From the human T2T-CHM13v2.0 reference genome, Homo sapiens: 64,000 nt of DNA. Below are positions 30,971-44,682 of this stretch, piece after piece. The stretch's first letter is position 1, and every line of letters begins with the position of its first letter. The notes under the pieces were generated by a model. The model ran no database searches and was not told the DNA's origin. It saw only the letters and a program-made list of their open reading frames with translations. The DNA lies in the NCBI RefSeq assembly GCF_009914755.1, contig NC_060930.1. One strand, written 5' to 3'. A program made the position numbers and the translations under genes.

Positions 30971-33900
30971 TCATTCCATCACCTAGATATTAAGCCCAGC
31001 ATCCATTAGCTATTTTTCCTGATGATCTTCCTTCCCCCATCACCCCAGACAGGACCCAGTTTGTGATGTTCCCCTCCCTGTATCCACGTGTTCTCATCGT
31101 TCAACTCCCACTTATAAGTGGGAACATGTGATGTTTGGTTTTCTGTTCCTGGGTTAGTTTGCTGAAGATAATGACTTCCAACTCCGTTCACGTCCTGCAG
31201 AGGACATTATCTTGTTCCTTTTTGTGGCTGCATAGTATTGCATGCATTTCTTTAGCCAGTCTATCATTGATGGACATTTGAGTTGATTCCATGTCTTTGC
31301 TATTGTGAACAGTGCTGCAATGAACATACACATGCATGTATATTTGTAATAGAATGATTTATATTTCTTTGGGTACATACTCAGTAATGGGATTGCTGGG
31401 TCAAATGGCATTTCTGCCTCTAGGTCTTTACAATGGTTGAACTAATTTACCCTTCCACAAACACTGTAAAAGTGTTTATTTTTCCCCACAACCTCATCAG
31501 TATCTGTTGTTTTTTGACTTTTTAATAGCCATTCTGACTGGCATGAGATGGTATCTCATTGTGGTTTTGATTTGCATTTCTCTAATGATCAGTGACTTTG
31601 AGCTTTTTTTCATATGTTTGTTGACAGCATGAGAAGTGTCTGTTCATGTCCTTTGCTCGCTTTTTAATGGATTGTTTTTTTCTTTTAAATTCGTTTAAGT
31701 TCCTTATAGACTCTGGATATTAGATCTTTGTCAGATGGATAGATTTCAAAAATTTTCTCCCATTCTGTAGGTTGTCTGTTGACTCTATTGATAATTTCTT
31801 TTTCTGTGTAGAAGCTCTTTAGTTTAACTAGATTCTGCTTGTCAATTTTTGCTTTTGTTGAAATTGCTTTTGGCATTTTCATCATGAGATCTTTGCCTGT
31901 GCCTGTGTCCTGAATGGTATTGCATAGAGTTTTTTCTAGGATTTTTGTAATTTGGGGTTTTACGTTTAAGTCTTTATTTTAATCCATCTTGAGTTAATTT
32001 TTGTATATGGTGTAAGGAAGGGGTCCAGTTTCAATTTTCTGCATATAACTAGCCATTATTGCCAGCACAATTTATTTGCTTGTTTATGTCAAGTTCGTTG
32101 AAGATCAGATGGTTGTACGTACAGACTTATTTCTGAGTTTTCTATTCTATTTCATTGGTCTATGTGTCTGTTCTTGTACCAGTACCATGCTGTTTTGGTT
32201 ACTGTAGCCATGTAGTATATTTTGAAGTTCAGTGGCAAGATGCTTTCACCTTTGTTCTTTTTGCTTAGGATTGTCTTGGCTATTTGGGTTCTTTTCTGGT
32301 TCCATATGAATTTCAAAATAGTTTTTTCTAATTTTGCAAAGAATGCCAATGGTAGTTTAATAGGAATAGCTTGAATCTATAAATTACTTCGGGCAGTATA
32401 GCCATCTTCAGGATATTGATTCTTCCTATCTATGGGCATGGAATGTTTTTCCATTTGTTTGTGTCCTCTCTTATTTCCTTGAGCAGTGGTTTGTAGTTCT
32501 TCTTGAAGAGGTCCTTCACTTCCCTTTTTAGCTGTATTCCTAGGTATTTTTTTTTTTTTGTAGCAACTGTGAATGGAGGTTCACTCATGATTTGGCTCTC
32601 TGCTTACCTGATGTTAGTGTATAGTAATGCTAGCAATATTTGCACATTCATTTTACATTCTGAGACTTCAGTTGCTTATCAGTTGAAGTTGCTTATCAGC
32701 TTAAGAAGCTTTGGGGCTGAGACAATAGGGTTTTCTGAATATAGAATCATGTAATCTGCTAACAGAGACAATTTGACTTCCTCTCTTCCTGTTTGAATAC
32801 ATTTTATTTCTTTTCACTTGCCTGATTGCCCTGGTCAGAACTTCCAGTAATACGTTGAATAGGAGAAGTGAGAGAGGGCATCCCTGTCTTGTGCCAGTTT
32901 TCAGGGGGAATGTGTCCAGCTTTTGCCGATTCAGTATAACATTGACTGTGGGTTTGTCATGTATGGCTCTTATTATTTTGAGGTATGTTTCTTCAATATC
33001 TACTTTATTTAAAATTTTTAAAATGAAGTGATGTTGAATTTTATTGAAGGCATTTTCTGTGTCTGTTGAAATAATCATGTTGTTTTTGTCTTTAGTTCAG
33101 TTTATGTGAACATTTTTAGATTTGTGTACATTGAACCAGCTTTGCATCCTGGGGAAGAAGCTGACATGTGGTGGATAAGGTTTTTGATGTGCTGCTGAAT
33201 TCAGTTTGCCAGTACTTTATTGAGGATTTTTGCATTAATGTTCATCAGGGATATTGGCCTGAAGTTTTTGTTGTTGTTGTTGTTGTTGTATCTCTGCCAG
33301 GTTTTGGTATCGGGATGATCCTGGCCTCATAGAACCAGTTAGGGAGGAGTCCCTACTCTTCAATTTTTTGGAATAGTTTTAGTAGAAATGGTGCCAGCCC
33401 TTCTTCCTACCTGTGGTAGAATTCAGCTATGAATCCATCTGGTTCTGGGCTCTTTTTGGTTTGTAGGCTATTTATTAGTGCCTCAATTTCAGAACTTGTT
33501 ATTGGTCTATTCAGGGATTCAATTTCTTCCTGGTTCAGTCTTGGAAGAGTGTCTGTGTCCAGGGATTTGTTCATTTCTTCTATATTTTCTAGTTTATATG
33601 CATAGAGATGTTTATAATATTCTCTGATGGTTGCTTATATTTCTGTGGGGTTAGTGGTGATATCCCCCTTATCATTCCTAATTGTGTTTATTTGCCCCTT
33701 CTCTCTTTTCTATTAGTCTAGCTAGCAGTCTATTTTATTAAAATTTTCAGAAAAAAACATCTCCCAGATTCATTGATTTTTTGAAGGATTTTTTTGTGTG
33801 TGTGCCTCTATCTTCTTCAGTTCAGTTCTGATCTTGGATATTTCTTGTATTCTTCTAGCTTTGGGGTTTGTTTGCTCTTGGTTCTCTGGTTCTTTTAGTC

Positions 33901-35263
33901 AAGATGTTAGGTTGTTAACTTAAGACCATTCTAGTGTTTTGATATGGGCATTTGGTACTATAAATCTCCCTCCTAACACTGCTTTAGCTGTATTCCAGAA
34001 ATTCTGGTATGCTCTCTCTTTGTTCTCATTAGTTTCATAGAACTTCTTGATTTCTACCTTAATTTCATTATTTACCTAAGAGTCGTCGTTCAGGAGCAGG
34101 TTGTGCAATTTCCATGTAATTGTGTGGTTTTGAGTGAGTTTCTTCATCTTGAGTTCTAATTTGATTGTGCTGTGGTCTGAGAGGATGTATGTTATGACTT
34201 CAGTTCTTTTGCATTTGCTGAGAAGTGTTTCAGTTCAGATTATGTGATAAGTTTTAGAGTAAGTGCCATGTGGTGATGAGAAGAATATATTCAGAAGAAG
34301 TATATTCTGTTGTTTTGGAGTGGAGAATTCTGTAGATATCTATCAGGTTCCCTTGATCCAGAACTGATTTCAGGTCCTGAATATCTTTGTTAATTTTCTT
34401 TCTTGATGATCTGTGTAATATTGTCAGTGGCAAGTTAAAATCTCCCATTATTATTTTATGGGAGTCTAAGTCTCTTTGTAAGTGTCTAAGAACTGGCTTT
34501 ATGAAACTGGGTGCTCCTGTGTTAAGTGCATATATATTTAGGATATTTAGATCTTCTTGTTGAATTGAACCCTTTACCATTATGTGATGCTCTTCGTCAT
34601 CTTTTTGGATGTTTTTGGTTTAAAGCTTGTTTTGTCAGAAGCTAGGATTGCAATCCCTACTTTTTCCTGTTTTCCATTTGCTTGGTAAATTTACCTCCAT
34701 CTCTTTATTCTGAGCCTATGTGTGTCTTCACATGTGAGATGGGTCTCTTGAAGAGAGCATACCAGTAGATCTTGGCTCTTTATCCAGCTTGCTATTTTGT
34801 GCCTTTTAATTGGGGCATTTACATTTAAGGTTAGTATTTACATTTAAGGTTAATATTGTTATGTGTGGACTTGATCCTGTCATTATGATGCTAACTGGTT
34901 TTTTTGCAGGCTTGTTTATGTGGTTGCTTCATAGTGTCACTGGTCTGTGTACTTCAGTGTGTTTTTATAGTGGCTAGTAATAGTTTTTCCTTTAACAGTT
35001 TTTCCTTCCAGGAGCTCTTGCAAGCCAGGCCTAGTGGTGACAATTTCCCTCAGTATTTGCTTGTGTGAATAGGATCTTATTTCTCCTTTGCTTATGAAGC
35101 TTAGTTTGGTTGGATATGAAATTCCGGGGTGGAAATTCTTTCCTTCAAGAATGCTGAGTATTAGCCCCCAGTCTCTTTTGGCTTATAGGGTTGGGTCCAC
35201 TATTAATCTGATTGGGTTTCCCTTTGTAGGTGATTTGGCCTGTCTCTCCGGTTGCCCTTAACA

Positions 35264-35567
<304 letters not shown>

Positions 35568-35922
35568 TGCCCTGAACATTTTTTCTTACATTTCAACCTT
35601 GGAGAATCTGATGATTATGTGTCTTGGGGTTGATCTTCCCAGTGATCATCTCACTGGGGTTCTCTGCATTTCCTGAATTTGAATCTTGGCTTGTCTTTCT
35701 AGGTTGGGGAAGTTCTCCTAGATGATATCCTGAAGTACATTTTTCAACTTGGTTCCATTCTCCCCATCTCTTTCAAAGAACCCCAAATATTTGTAGGTTC
35801 AGTTTCTACATAATCCCATAATTCTTGGAGGTTTTATTCATTACTTTTCATTCATTTTTCTCTATTCTTGTCTGCCTGTCTTATTTCAGAAAGATAGTCT
35901 TCAAGTCTTCAAGCTCCGAGAT

Positions 35923-36467
35923 TGTATTAGGGTTCTCTTAGAGGGACAGAAATAATAGGAGATATATATATATAATATATATATATATAAAATATATATA
36001 TGTATAACATGTTAATAAACTCCCCTTCACATATATATCTCCCCTTCACATATGTGTGTGTATATATATATACACACACACATATGTGAAGGGGAGTTTA
36101 TTATTAATTTATGTGATCACAATGTCCCACAATAGGCTGTCTGCAAGCTGAGGAGCAAGGAGAGCCAGTCCGATTCCCAAAACTGAAGAAGTTGGAGTCC
36201 GATGTTCGAGGGCAGAAAGCATCCAGCATGGGAGAAAGATGTAGATTGGGAGGCTAGGCCCATCTCTCATTTTCATGTTTTTCTAGCTGCTTTATATGCC
36301 TTGGAAGCTGATTAGACTGTGCCCACCAGATTAAGGGTGGATCTGCCTTTCCCAGCCCACCGACTCAAATGTTAATCTCTTTTGGCAACACCCATGCAGA
36401 CACACCCAGGATTAATACTCTGTATCCCTCAATCCAATCAAGTTGACACTCCGTATTAACCATCACA
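35923..36467 (-). mobile_element. MLT2A (HERV-L) solo LTR
   Basis: tgtattagggttctc...caatccaatcaagttgacactccgtattaaccatcaca; TSD gagat (35918-35922 / 36468-36472). Confidence 0.93.
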
Positions 36468-37117
36468 GAGATTCCTCCACTTGGTCTATTCTGCTACTGA
36501 TACTCGTGATTGCATTGTGAAGTTCTTGTGTTTGTTTCTCAGCTCTATTAGGCCAGTTATGTTCCTCTCTAAACTGGTTATTTTGGCTGTCAGCTTCTGT
36601 GTGGTTTTATCATGTTTCTTAGCTTCTTTGGTTGGGTTAGACATGCTCCTTCAGCTCAGCAAAGTTCATTATTACCCACCTTCTGAAGCATACTTCTGTC
36701 AACTTGGCCATCTCATCCTCAGCCCAATTCTTTGCCCTTACTGGAGAAGTGTGGCAGTCATTTGGAGGAGAAGAGGTGCTCTGGCTTTTGAGTTTTCAGC
36801 ATTTCTGCATTGATTCTTTCTCATCTTTGTGGGCTTACCTACCTTCAGTCTTTGAGGTTACTGACCTCTGAATGAGATTTTTGTGGGGTCTTTTATTTGT
36901 TGATGTTCTTGTTATTGTTTTCTGTTTGTCTTTTTTTTTTTTTTTTTTTAACAGTAACGCTACTCTACTGTAGAGCTGATGTGGTTTGCTGGGGGTCTGC
37001 TCCAGACCCTGGTTGCCTCAGTTTCTCTCCAACCTGGAGATATCCCCATTGAAGGCCACAAAGCAGCTTCTATCCCTAAATCTGAAATAAGAGTTGAAAT
37101 TATTAACAATAACAATA

Positions 37118-38280
37118 AAAAGGATAAGACATTGGTTTGAAAAGAACCCCTATCAAAGCAACATGAATTCTGCTAAAAATGAAACAAGAACAAACATCAA
37201 ATTGATGGTGAAACTTGGGTGGAAGAATGGCTAAATAATTGATGCTTTACAAAAAGTTTACAGGGATAATGCTCCAAAGAAATCAGTAGTTCACAAATAA
37301 ATAATCATTTTAAGAATGGACCAAACAGTGTTGAAAACAAAGCCTGCAGTGGGCAGACCATCCACATTAATTTGCATGAAAAAAATTCATCTTGTTCATG
37401 CCCTAATTGAAGAGGGCTGACAAAGTACAGCAGAAACAATAGCCAACACCATAGACACCTCAACTGTTTCAGTGCACGCAGTTCTGACTGAAAAATTAAA
37501 GTTGAGCAAACTTTTCACATGATAGATGCCAAAACCATTGCACACAGATCAGCTGCAGAAAAAAGCAGAGCTTTCAATGGAAATTTTAAACAAGTGGGAT
37601 CAAGATCCCAAATCATTTCTGTGAAGAATTGTAATAGGAAATTAAACATGACTTTACCAGTATGATCTTGAAGACAAAGCACCGTTGAAGCAATGGCTAC
37701 CAAGACGTGGTAGTAGTCCAGTCAAAACAAAAACAGACCAGTCAAAAGCAAAGGTTATGGATACAGTTTTCTGAGATACTAAAAAAATTTTGTTTGTTGA
37801 CTTTCTGGAGGACCAAAAAATGATATGTCTGCTTATCATGAGAACGTCTTAAGAAAGCTTTAGCAGAAAAATGTTGCCAGGAAATCATCAGAGAGTACTC
37901 CACGACAGCAATGCTTCTGTTCATTATTTTTATCAAACAAGGGCAATTTTGTGAGAGTTTTGATGGAAAATCATTAGGCATCCACCTTACAGTTCTAATT
38001 TGGCTTCTTCTGACTTTTTTTTGTTACTTAATCTTAAAAATTTTTTAAAGGGCACCCATTATTTTTCTTCAGTTAGTAATATGAAAATGACTACATCGAC
38101 ATGGTTAAGTTCTCAGGACTTTTAGTTCTTTAGGAATGGACTAAATGGCTGGTATTAGTTCTCACAAAAGTATCTTGAATTGATGGAGTTTATGTTGGGA
38201 AATGGAGTTTATATTTTTTACTTTCATATTTGAATTCTATTTTTTATCTCTTTTTATGAACTTTTCAAAATGCCTTGATA
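37118..38280 (+). mobile_element. Hsmar2 mariner transposon with transposase pseudogene; left end missing
   Basis: ATG at 37163 gives MNSAKNETRTNIKLMVKLGWKNG; later QYDLEDKAP, HPPYSSNLASSD (YSPDLAPSD motif); right TIR-like atgaacttttcaaaatgccttga followed by ta. Confidence 0.92.
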
Positions 38281-38430
38281 GCTGCTCTTGCCACAGGGGG
38301 GAAAATGGGTAATTACATAAGATTATAAATATGTTAATTTGTTTCACTATAGTAACCATCTTACTATATATGTATCTCATAATATCATGATGTATACCTT
38401 ACATATAGACAATAAAATTTCTCTTAAAAC
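38281..38430 (+). mobile_element. L1MA 3'-terminal fragment
   Basis: gttaatttgtttcactatagtaaccatc...atcatgatgtataccttac. Confidence 0.7.
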
Positions 38431-39815
38431 TAATAATACATTAAATATAAGTGAACTATACAACTCAATCAAAATGCAGAGATTGCCAGACTGGATTAAA
38501 AAATTCAACTGTATACTATTTATAAGTATTATAAATTAAATTCAAAGATACAAACAGATTATAGGTAAAAGGATGGAAAAATATGTTATACAAACAGCAA
38601 TGATAAGAAATTTGAAGTGGCCATACTAACATCAGACAAAATTTAAACAACAAACTATTATCAGAGATAAAGAGAAGCCTTTCATAATAATAAAAAGGTC
38701 AATTCATCAGAAAGATATGCCAGTTATTAATATATGTGCATAGTTGTTTTATCCATATTGAAATTTGGGATTTAAAGTCTCCAACTATTATGGTAGAACT
38801 TTCTATTTCTCCCTTCATTTCTGTCAGCTTTTGCTACAAGTATTTTCATAGCTGGGAGACTGGAAAAATGCTATACACCAAGTAGACCTAACAGCTATCT
38901 ATAGAACACTCCATTCAAGAGTAGAATATATATTCTTTTCAAGTGCACATGGACTATCTACCACGATACACTATAGATTAGGTCATAAAACAAACCTGAA
39001 CAAACTTAAGAGGATAGACATAATACAAAGTATGTTCTTCAACTACAATGAAGTGAAATTATAAATCAATAACAGAAAGAAATATGAGAATCTCCCAAGT
39101 ATGTGGAAAATTAAATAGCACACTCTTAAACGTCCAATGAGCTAAAGGGAAAATCAAAAAGGAAATTACAAAATATTTTGAGGTGAATGAAAATGAAGAA
39201 AAAACATACCAAAACTTATAGGATACAGCTAAATCTATACCAATTATAATAATTATGCCCATAGTAATTATAAATATATCCACATTAAGAAAAAAGATAA
39301 CAAATAATCCATTTTTCTGCTTAAGACATTGGAAAAAGAAGAACAACCTAAATCTAAAGCAATCAAAAAGAAAGAAATAATAAAGATTAGAACCAAAATT
39401 AATAAAATAAAGACTAAACAACAGAGTAAAAAAATCATTGTTATCAAAGCTGGTTATTTGAAAAGACTAACAAAATTTAAAATTATTTTGATAAATTGAC
39501 CAATTAAAAAAAGAAGAGATCCAAATTACTGAAAACAGAAAAGAAAAAGGAAACATTACAACTGACATTTCAAAAATAAAAGAGAATATAAAGGAATACT
39601 ATGAAAATTATGTCAATAAATTAGAAAATTTTGATGAAATAGATTAATGACCAGAAAAGCACAAATTCCTGAACTGACTCAAGAAGAAATTAGACAATCT
39701 GCATATACCGACAAGTGAGTTAGTAATCAAAATAACTATACACACACACAAAAAGCTCAGGATAAGGCCACTTCACTGGTAAATTATATTAAACATTTAA
39801 AGAAAAATTGAGACT

Positions 39816-40127
39816 GGCCCAGCCCAGTGGCTCATATCTGTAATCCCAGCATGTTGTGAGGCCAAGGTGGGAAGATTGCTTGAATCTAGGAGTCTGATGC
39901 TAGCCTGGGCAACATAATGCAACCTCATTTCTATGAAAAATATAAAAAATATAGCCAGGTGTGGTGGCACACGCCTACAGTCTCAGCTACTCAGGAGGCC
40001 AAGGTAGGAAGATCCCTTGGGTCCAGGAGTTCAAAGTTGCAATGAACTGTGCCACTGCACTCCAGCCTGGGTGACAGAGACAGATCTTGTCTCAGGATAA
40101 AAAAATAAAATAAAATAAAAAGAAAAA
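39816..40127 (+). mobile_element. AluJ
   Basis: ggaagattgcttgaatctaggag J-type left arm; A-rich tail. Confidence 0.9.
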
Positions 40128-40409
40128 ACTAATGCCACTTCTTCACAGACTCTAGCAAAAAACAGAAGAGGAAAGAACACCTCTCAATTTTATTCTATAA
40201 ACCTAGTAATAGTTACCAAAACCAGACAAAGCTATCACAGGAAAACTACAGAACAATATCTTCTATGAATATAAACACAAAATCACTACAAAACACTAGC
40301 AACCTGATACTAAAAATATATAAAATAAGTAAATACCATAATAAAGTGGGTTTTATCCCAGTAATAAAAGGTTGTTTTAACATTTAAAAATCAGTTAATA
40401 TAAGACATC

Positions 40410-40778
40410 TATATTAGTCCGTTTTCACACTGCTGATAAAGACATACACAAAACTGGACAACGTGCCGAAGAAAGAGGTTTAATGGACTCACAGTTCCAT
40501 GTGGCTGGGGAGGCCTCACAATCATGGCAGAAGGCAAGAAGGAGCAAGTCATGTCCTATATGGAGGGTAGCAGGCAAAGAGAGAGCTTGTGCAGGGAAAC
40601 TCCCCCTTATAAAGCCATCAGATCTCATGAGACTTATTCACTATCACGAGAACAGCTCAGGAAAGACCTGCCCCCATGATTCAATTACTTCCCCCTATGT
40701 CCTTCCCACAACATGTGGGAATTGTGGGGGTTACAATTCAAGATAAGACTTGGGTGAGGACACAGCCAAAGCATATCA
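40410..40778 (-). mobile_element. THE1B/C solo LTR
   Basis: tattagtccgttttcacactgctgataaagacatac...cacagccaaagcatatca; TSD acatc. Confidence 0.93.
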
Positions 40779-41358
40779 ACATCATAGAAATAGAATTAAA
40801 AATTATATGATTTTATCAATAAATACAGAAAAAGCATCTAAATCTTTATGTCTCATAAATGGCATGATCTTTTATATAAAGAATCTTAAGGAGTTCATTA
40901 CAAGTTACTGGGATAAATGAATGAGTTCAGTAAGGTTTTAGGATATAAGACCCAGGAATAAAAATTAATTGTAGTCCTATAAACTTGTAATTAATAATCT
41001 GAAAATTAGATTAAGAACATTTTATTTACCATAGCATTAAATAATACTTAGAAATAAAGTTAACAAAAGAAGTGCAATAATTTTATTATAAAAACCACGA
41101 ATTATTGTTGAAAGTAATTAAAAAAGATATAATAAATTGTTCAAAATCTCATGTTCATGGATCAGAAGACTTAATATTGTTAAGATGGCAGTGTTTTCCC
41201 AGATTTACCTATAGATTGAATGTAATCCCTATCAGAATCCCAGTTGACTTTGTTTTAGAAATTGATACTCTGATTCTAACATGTATATGTAATTGGAAGG
41301 AACCCAGAGTAACCAAGGAAATCTTGAAAAAGTTTGAAGTAATAGTAAGAAGAGTTTT

Positions 41359-41542
41359 CTTGAATCTAGGAGTTTGAGACCAGCCTGGGCAACATAGTGC
41401 AACCCCATTTCTACAAAAAATAAAAAAAATTAGTCAGGCATGGTGGCACATGCCTATAGTCCCAGCTACTCAGGAGGCCAACGTAGGAAGATCTCTTGGG
41501 TCCAGGAGTTCAAGGTTGCAATGAACCATGACTGTGCCACTG
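41359..41542 (+). mobile_element. Internal AluJ fragment without head, tail or TSD
   Basis: Matches 39879-40056, including shared non-consensus bases. Confidence 0.9.
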
Positions 41543-44166
41543 TTGAAGAAATTACGCTTCCTATTTTCACAACCTAGTACAAAACAACGGTAGTCAAGAC
41601 AATCTTACTGATATAAAGATAGATATAGAGAACAATGGGATAAAATTGAGAATCCAGGAACAAAACCATGTGTGTATGACCAACTTATTTTCAACAAGAG
41701 TGCCAAGACTACTAAATGAGGGAAGTAATAGTCTGTCTTTTCAACAAACGGTGGTGGGACAACTGGATAGCATATGCAAAACAGTGAAGTGAGACTCTTA
41801 CTAATATAATATACAATAATTAACACAAAATTGATAAAACACCTACAGTTAAGAGCTATAATTAGAAAATTATTTGAAAAAATTTGGGGGGTAAATCTTC
41901 ATGGCCTAGTATTTGGTGATCATTTCTTAGATATGACATCAAAAATTCAAGACTAAAGAAAAAATAGACAAATAGTACTCTATCAAAATTTAAAACATTT
42001 GTGCATCAAAGTACACTGTCAAAAAATGAAAAGAATACACAGAGAATCAGATAAAGTATTTCCAAATCATATATCTAATAAGGGTTTTATGTTAGAATAT
42101 GTAATAACTCTAAAAACTCAAGAATAAAAAGACAAGTAATTCAATATATAAATGGGCCAAGGATCCACATAGATAATACTCCAAGGGAAGTATACAAATC
42201 ACCAATATACACTTGAAAAGATGCTTAATATTATTAGCGATAATGAAGATACAATTCAAAACCACAATTAGATACCACTTCATACTCATTAGGATGGCCA
42301 GAATTTTTTATAAAGGAAAATAATAAATGTCATCAACGATGCAGAGAAATTAGAATTCTCATAAATTACTGATGGGAATGTAAAATGATGCAGTCTCTGT
42401 TGTAAACAGTTTGGGAGTTCACACTAAAAAAAACATAGAATTACTATATGAAGCAATTCTCCTTGTTCTACACACAAAAGAACTGAAAACAGGCATTGAA
42501 GCAAAAACAGACATGAGAATGTTTACAGTAGCAGTATTGACAAAAGTCAAAAGGTAGGAACAATCAAAATGCCCATCAACTGATCAACAGACAAACAAAA
42601 TGTGCTATAATTATACAATGGAATCTTATTTGGCAATAAAAAGGCATGAAGTACTAATACATGCCATGGCACGGATGAGCCTTGAAACCTAAGTGAAAAC
42701 ATAGTCACAAAAAAAAAACATATTTTGTGATTCTGTTAATATTAAATGTCTAGAACTGGAGAATATATAAGGACAAAAAGTAGATTAGGTTTGATTATGG
42801 ATGGAGGGTGATGTGGTGATAGGGGGTGAAAGCTAACAGGTATAGAGTTCCTTGTTTGATGTGACAAAAAAAGGTTCTATAATTGATTGTGGCGATGGTT
42901 GTACCTAAAAGTGAATAGGCTAAAACCCACTGAATTTGTACACTTGAAATGGGTGAATTGTAGATGTATCTTCAAAATTGTTTCAAAAAAAGAGAAAAAT
43001 ATAATGAAATTTATTGCCTGTAAAGAACAGATAGTAGCAGTGGGGGAAAGGGATGCAGGGAATTACTCTTTGTTTCTTTGCTTTGTTTATGAGTCTTATA
43101 GTACTGTTTGATGTTACTAATTAGGTACCTGTAGTACTTTACTAAAAATAAGAGTAAAAAATAACATATAATAAAAACTCTTATTTTTTATTAACAATTA
43201 AATTAAGAGAAGCAAAAGCAAATATATGCAGGAAGAACACTGTCACCATTCCACCATTTTTTATCTACTTTTGGGGCTAAATTTTGAATTCAGCATTTTT
43301 TTGTATTTTAAAAAGGCATTATGGCATACATATTACCCCATCATGTCAGAGATAGTGCTATACAACCAAACATATTAGTATTTCTGCTTCCAGATATAGG
43401 AATATTTACACTAAATGCAATAGAGACTAAAAAAAAAAAACTTTATTATAGCTAAGGTTCAACTTTTGCCACCAAATAAATTCAGGTCAGTTTTTCTATC
43501 AAATAATTTAGGAAAAAGCAACAACATGACACTTTCTTTCTTTTTTTTTTTTTTAACGGATTCTGAATTAAAGATGAGTGTTTGTAGTTTTGTAATCCAA
43601 CATTATCAAATTATATTTCATTTTACCTCATTTTAACATGTAACAAATGCAGGTTTTACATCAATTAGTGGCTTTAGCTTGTTGTAACTATTGTTATTGT
43701 TAGAATTTGTTACAAATGAAGCAGATTCCCTGGTAATTTTTATACAGAAAGGCCAAGGAATTCAATTTAATCTAGAATCATACCAATCAAGATGAACTAT
43801 TTTATGTGGGCTTCCTGTGTTACTGCACAAGCTGGCAGAAATAAAAATTATATTTAAACTGAATACTGCTAATATTCAAATACATTCACCATGTTATATA
43901 GTTCCAAAGTAGTTTATTTTCCATTATTAAAGCTCTCTAACTTTATTTTCTCACTTTCTTAAAATAAAATGTGCCCACAATAAAAACCTTTTGGATTTGC
44001 TTTTAACTTGATTTCTTCAGTTCTCTACTATTTCCCTTCCATATACAATTATTTTCATCTAGTTGCCAAAATGCATCTTGATCCTTCCTAAGTCATTTTT
44101 CTTTAAAACTTCCCATCAAATTGATGGGGATCTTCTCTCTTTTGCCTTTTATATTTTTTATCCAAG

Positions 44167-44682
44167 CTTTCCTTCTGAGGAAGTAAAATTTGTTTGGACC
44201 TATGGAAGATTTTGGACATAATCTGAGGAATTGAAGTAAGATCAAGACACATTTTTAACACGGAGGTTGGCATTGTGCGGAAAATCATGATTTATACAAT
44301 TTAGAGAAGTTAGTCGTGTGTGTAAAGCTATATGGACTAGGAACCTCAAATTCTTAGCCTAAGTTCCATGATGATTTGCTGCCTTTTCCCCCAGATGCTT
44401 GAACCATCTAGGAAGGATACTTCCTAAAGTGCCCTACTGAGGCAAAGCCATTCATCAAAGAAGACAACCTTGACATGGATACTAGCAGAAGTAGTATTAG
44501 TTTTCCTATTGGGATTGTAAAACTTTAGTTATATTAAAAAAAATAAGTGTTCCTTGTGAGTGAGATTAGTCCTTTACTCTTTTCAGGGGCCTTATAAACT
44601 TTGGTGACTGATTATGCTCCAAAAGTAGAAAAGGAATGGGATGGATTTAAATTCCCAAACATAATGTTAGGAGATCCAAATA
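44167..44682 (+). pseudogene. Three candidate small decayed exons: 44167-44235 (69 bp), 44395-44490 (96 bp), 44587-44682 (96 bp)
   Basis: Pyrimidine-rich acceptors (ttttttatccaag, gccttttcccccag, cctttactcttttcag); donors gtaaga, gtagta, gtaatt; all lengths are multiples of 3. Confidence 0.4.

Larger units (their letters stand above)
38430..42995 (+). mobile_element. Old L1M (MA/MB) ORF2 and 3'UTR, interrupted by AluJ, THE1 and an Alu fragment
   Basis: Collinear degenerate ORF2 (RLPDWIKK..., HGSEDLILLRWQ...) through to the 3'UTR. Confidence 0.85.
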
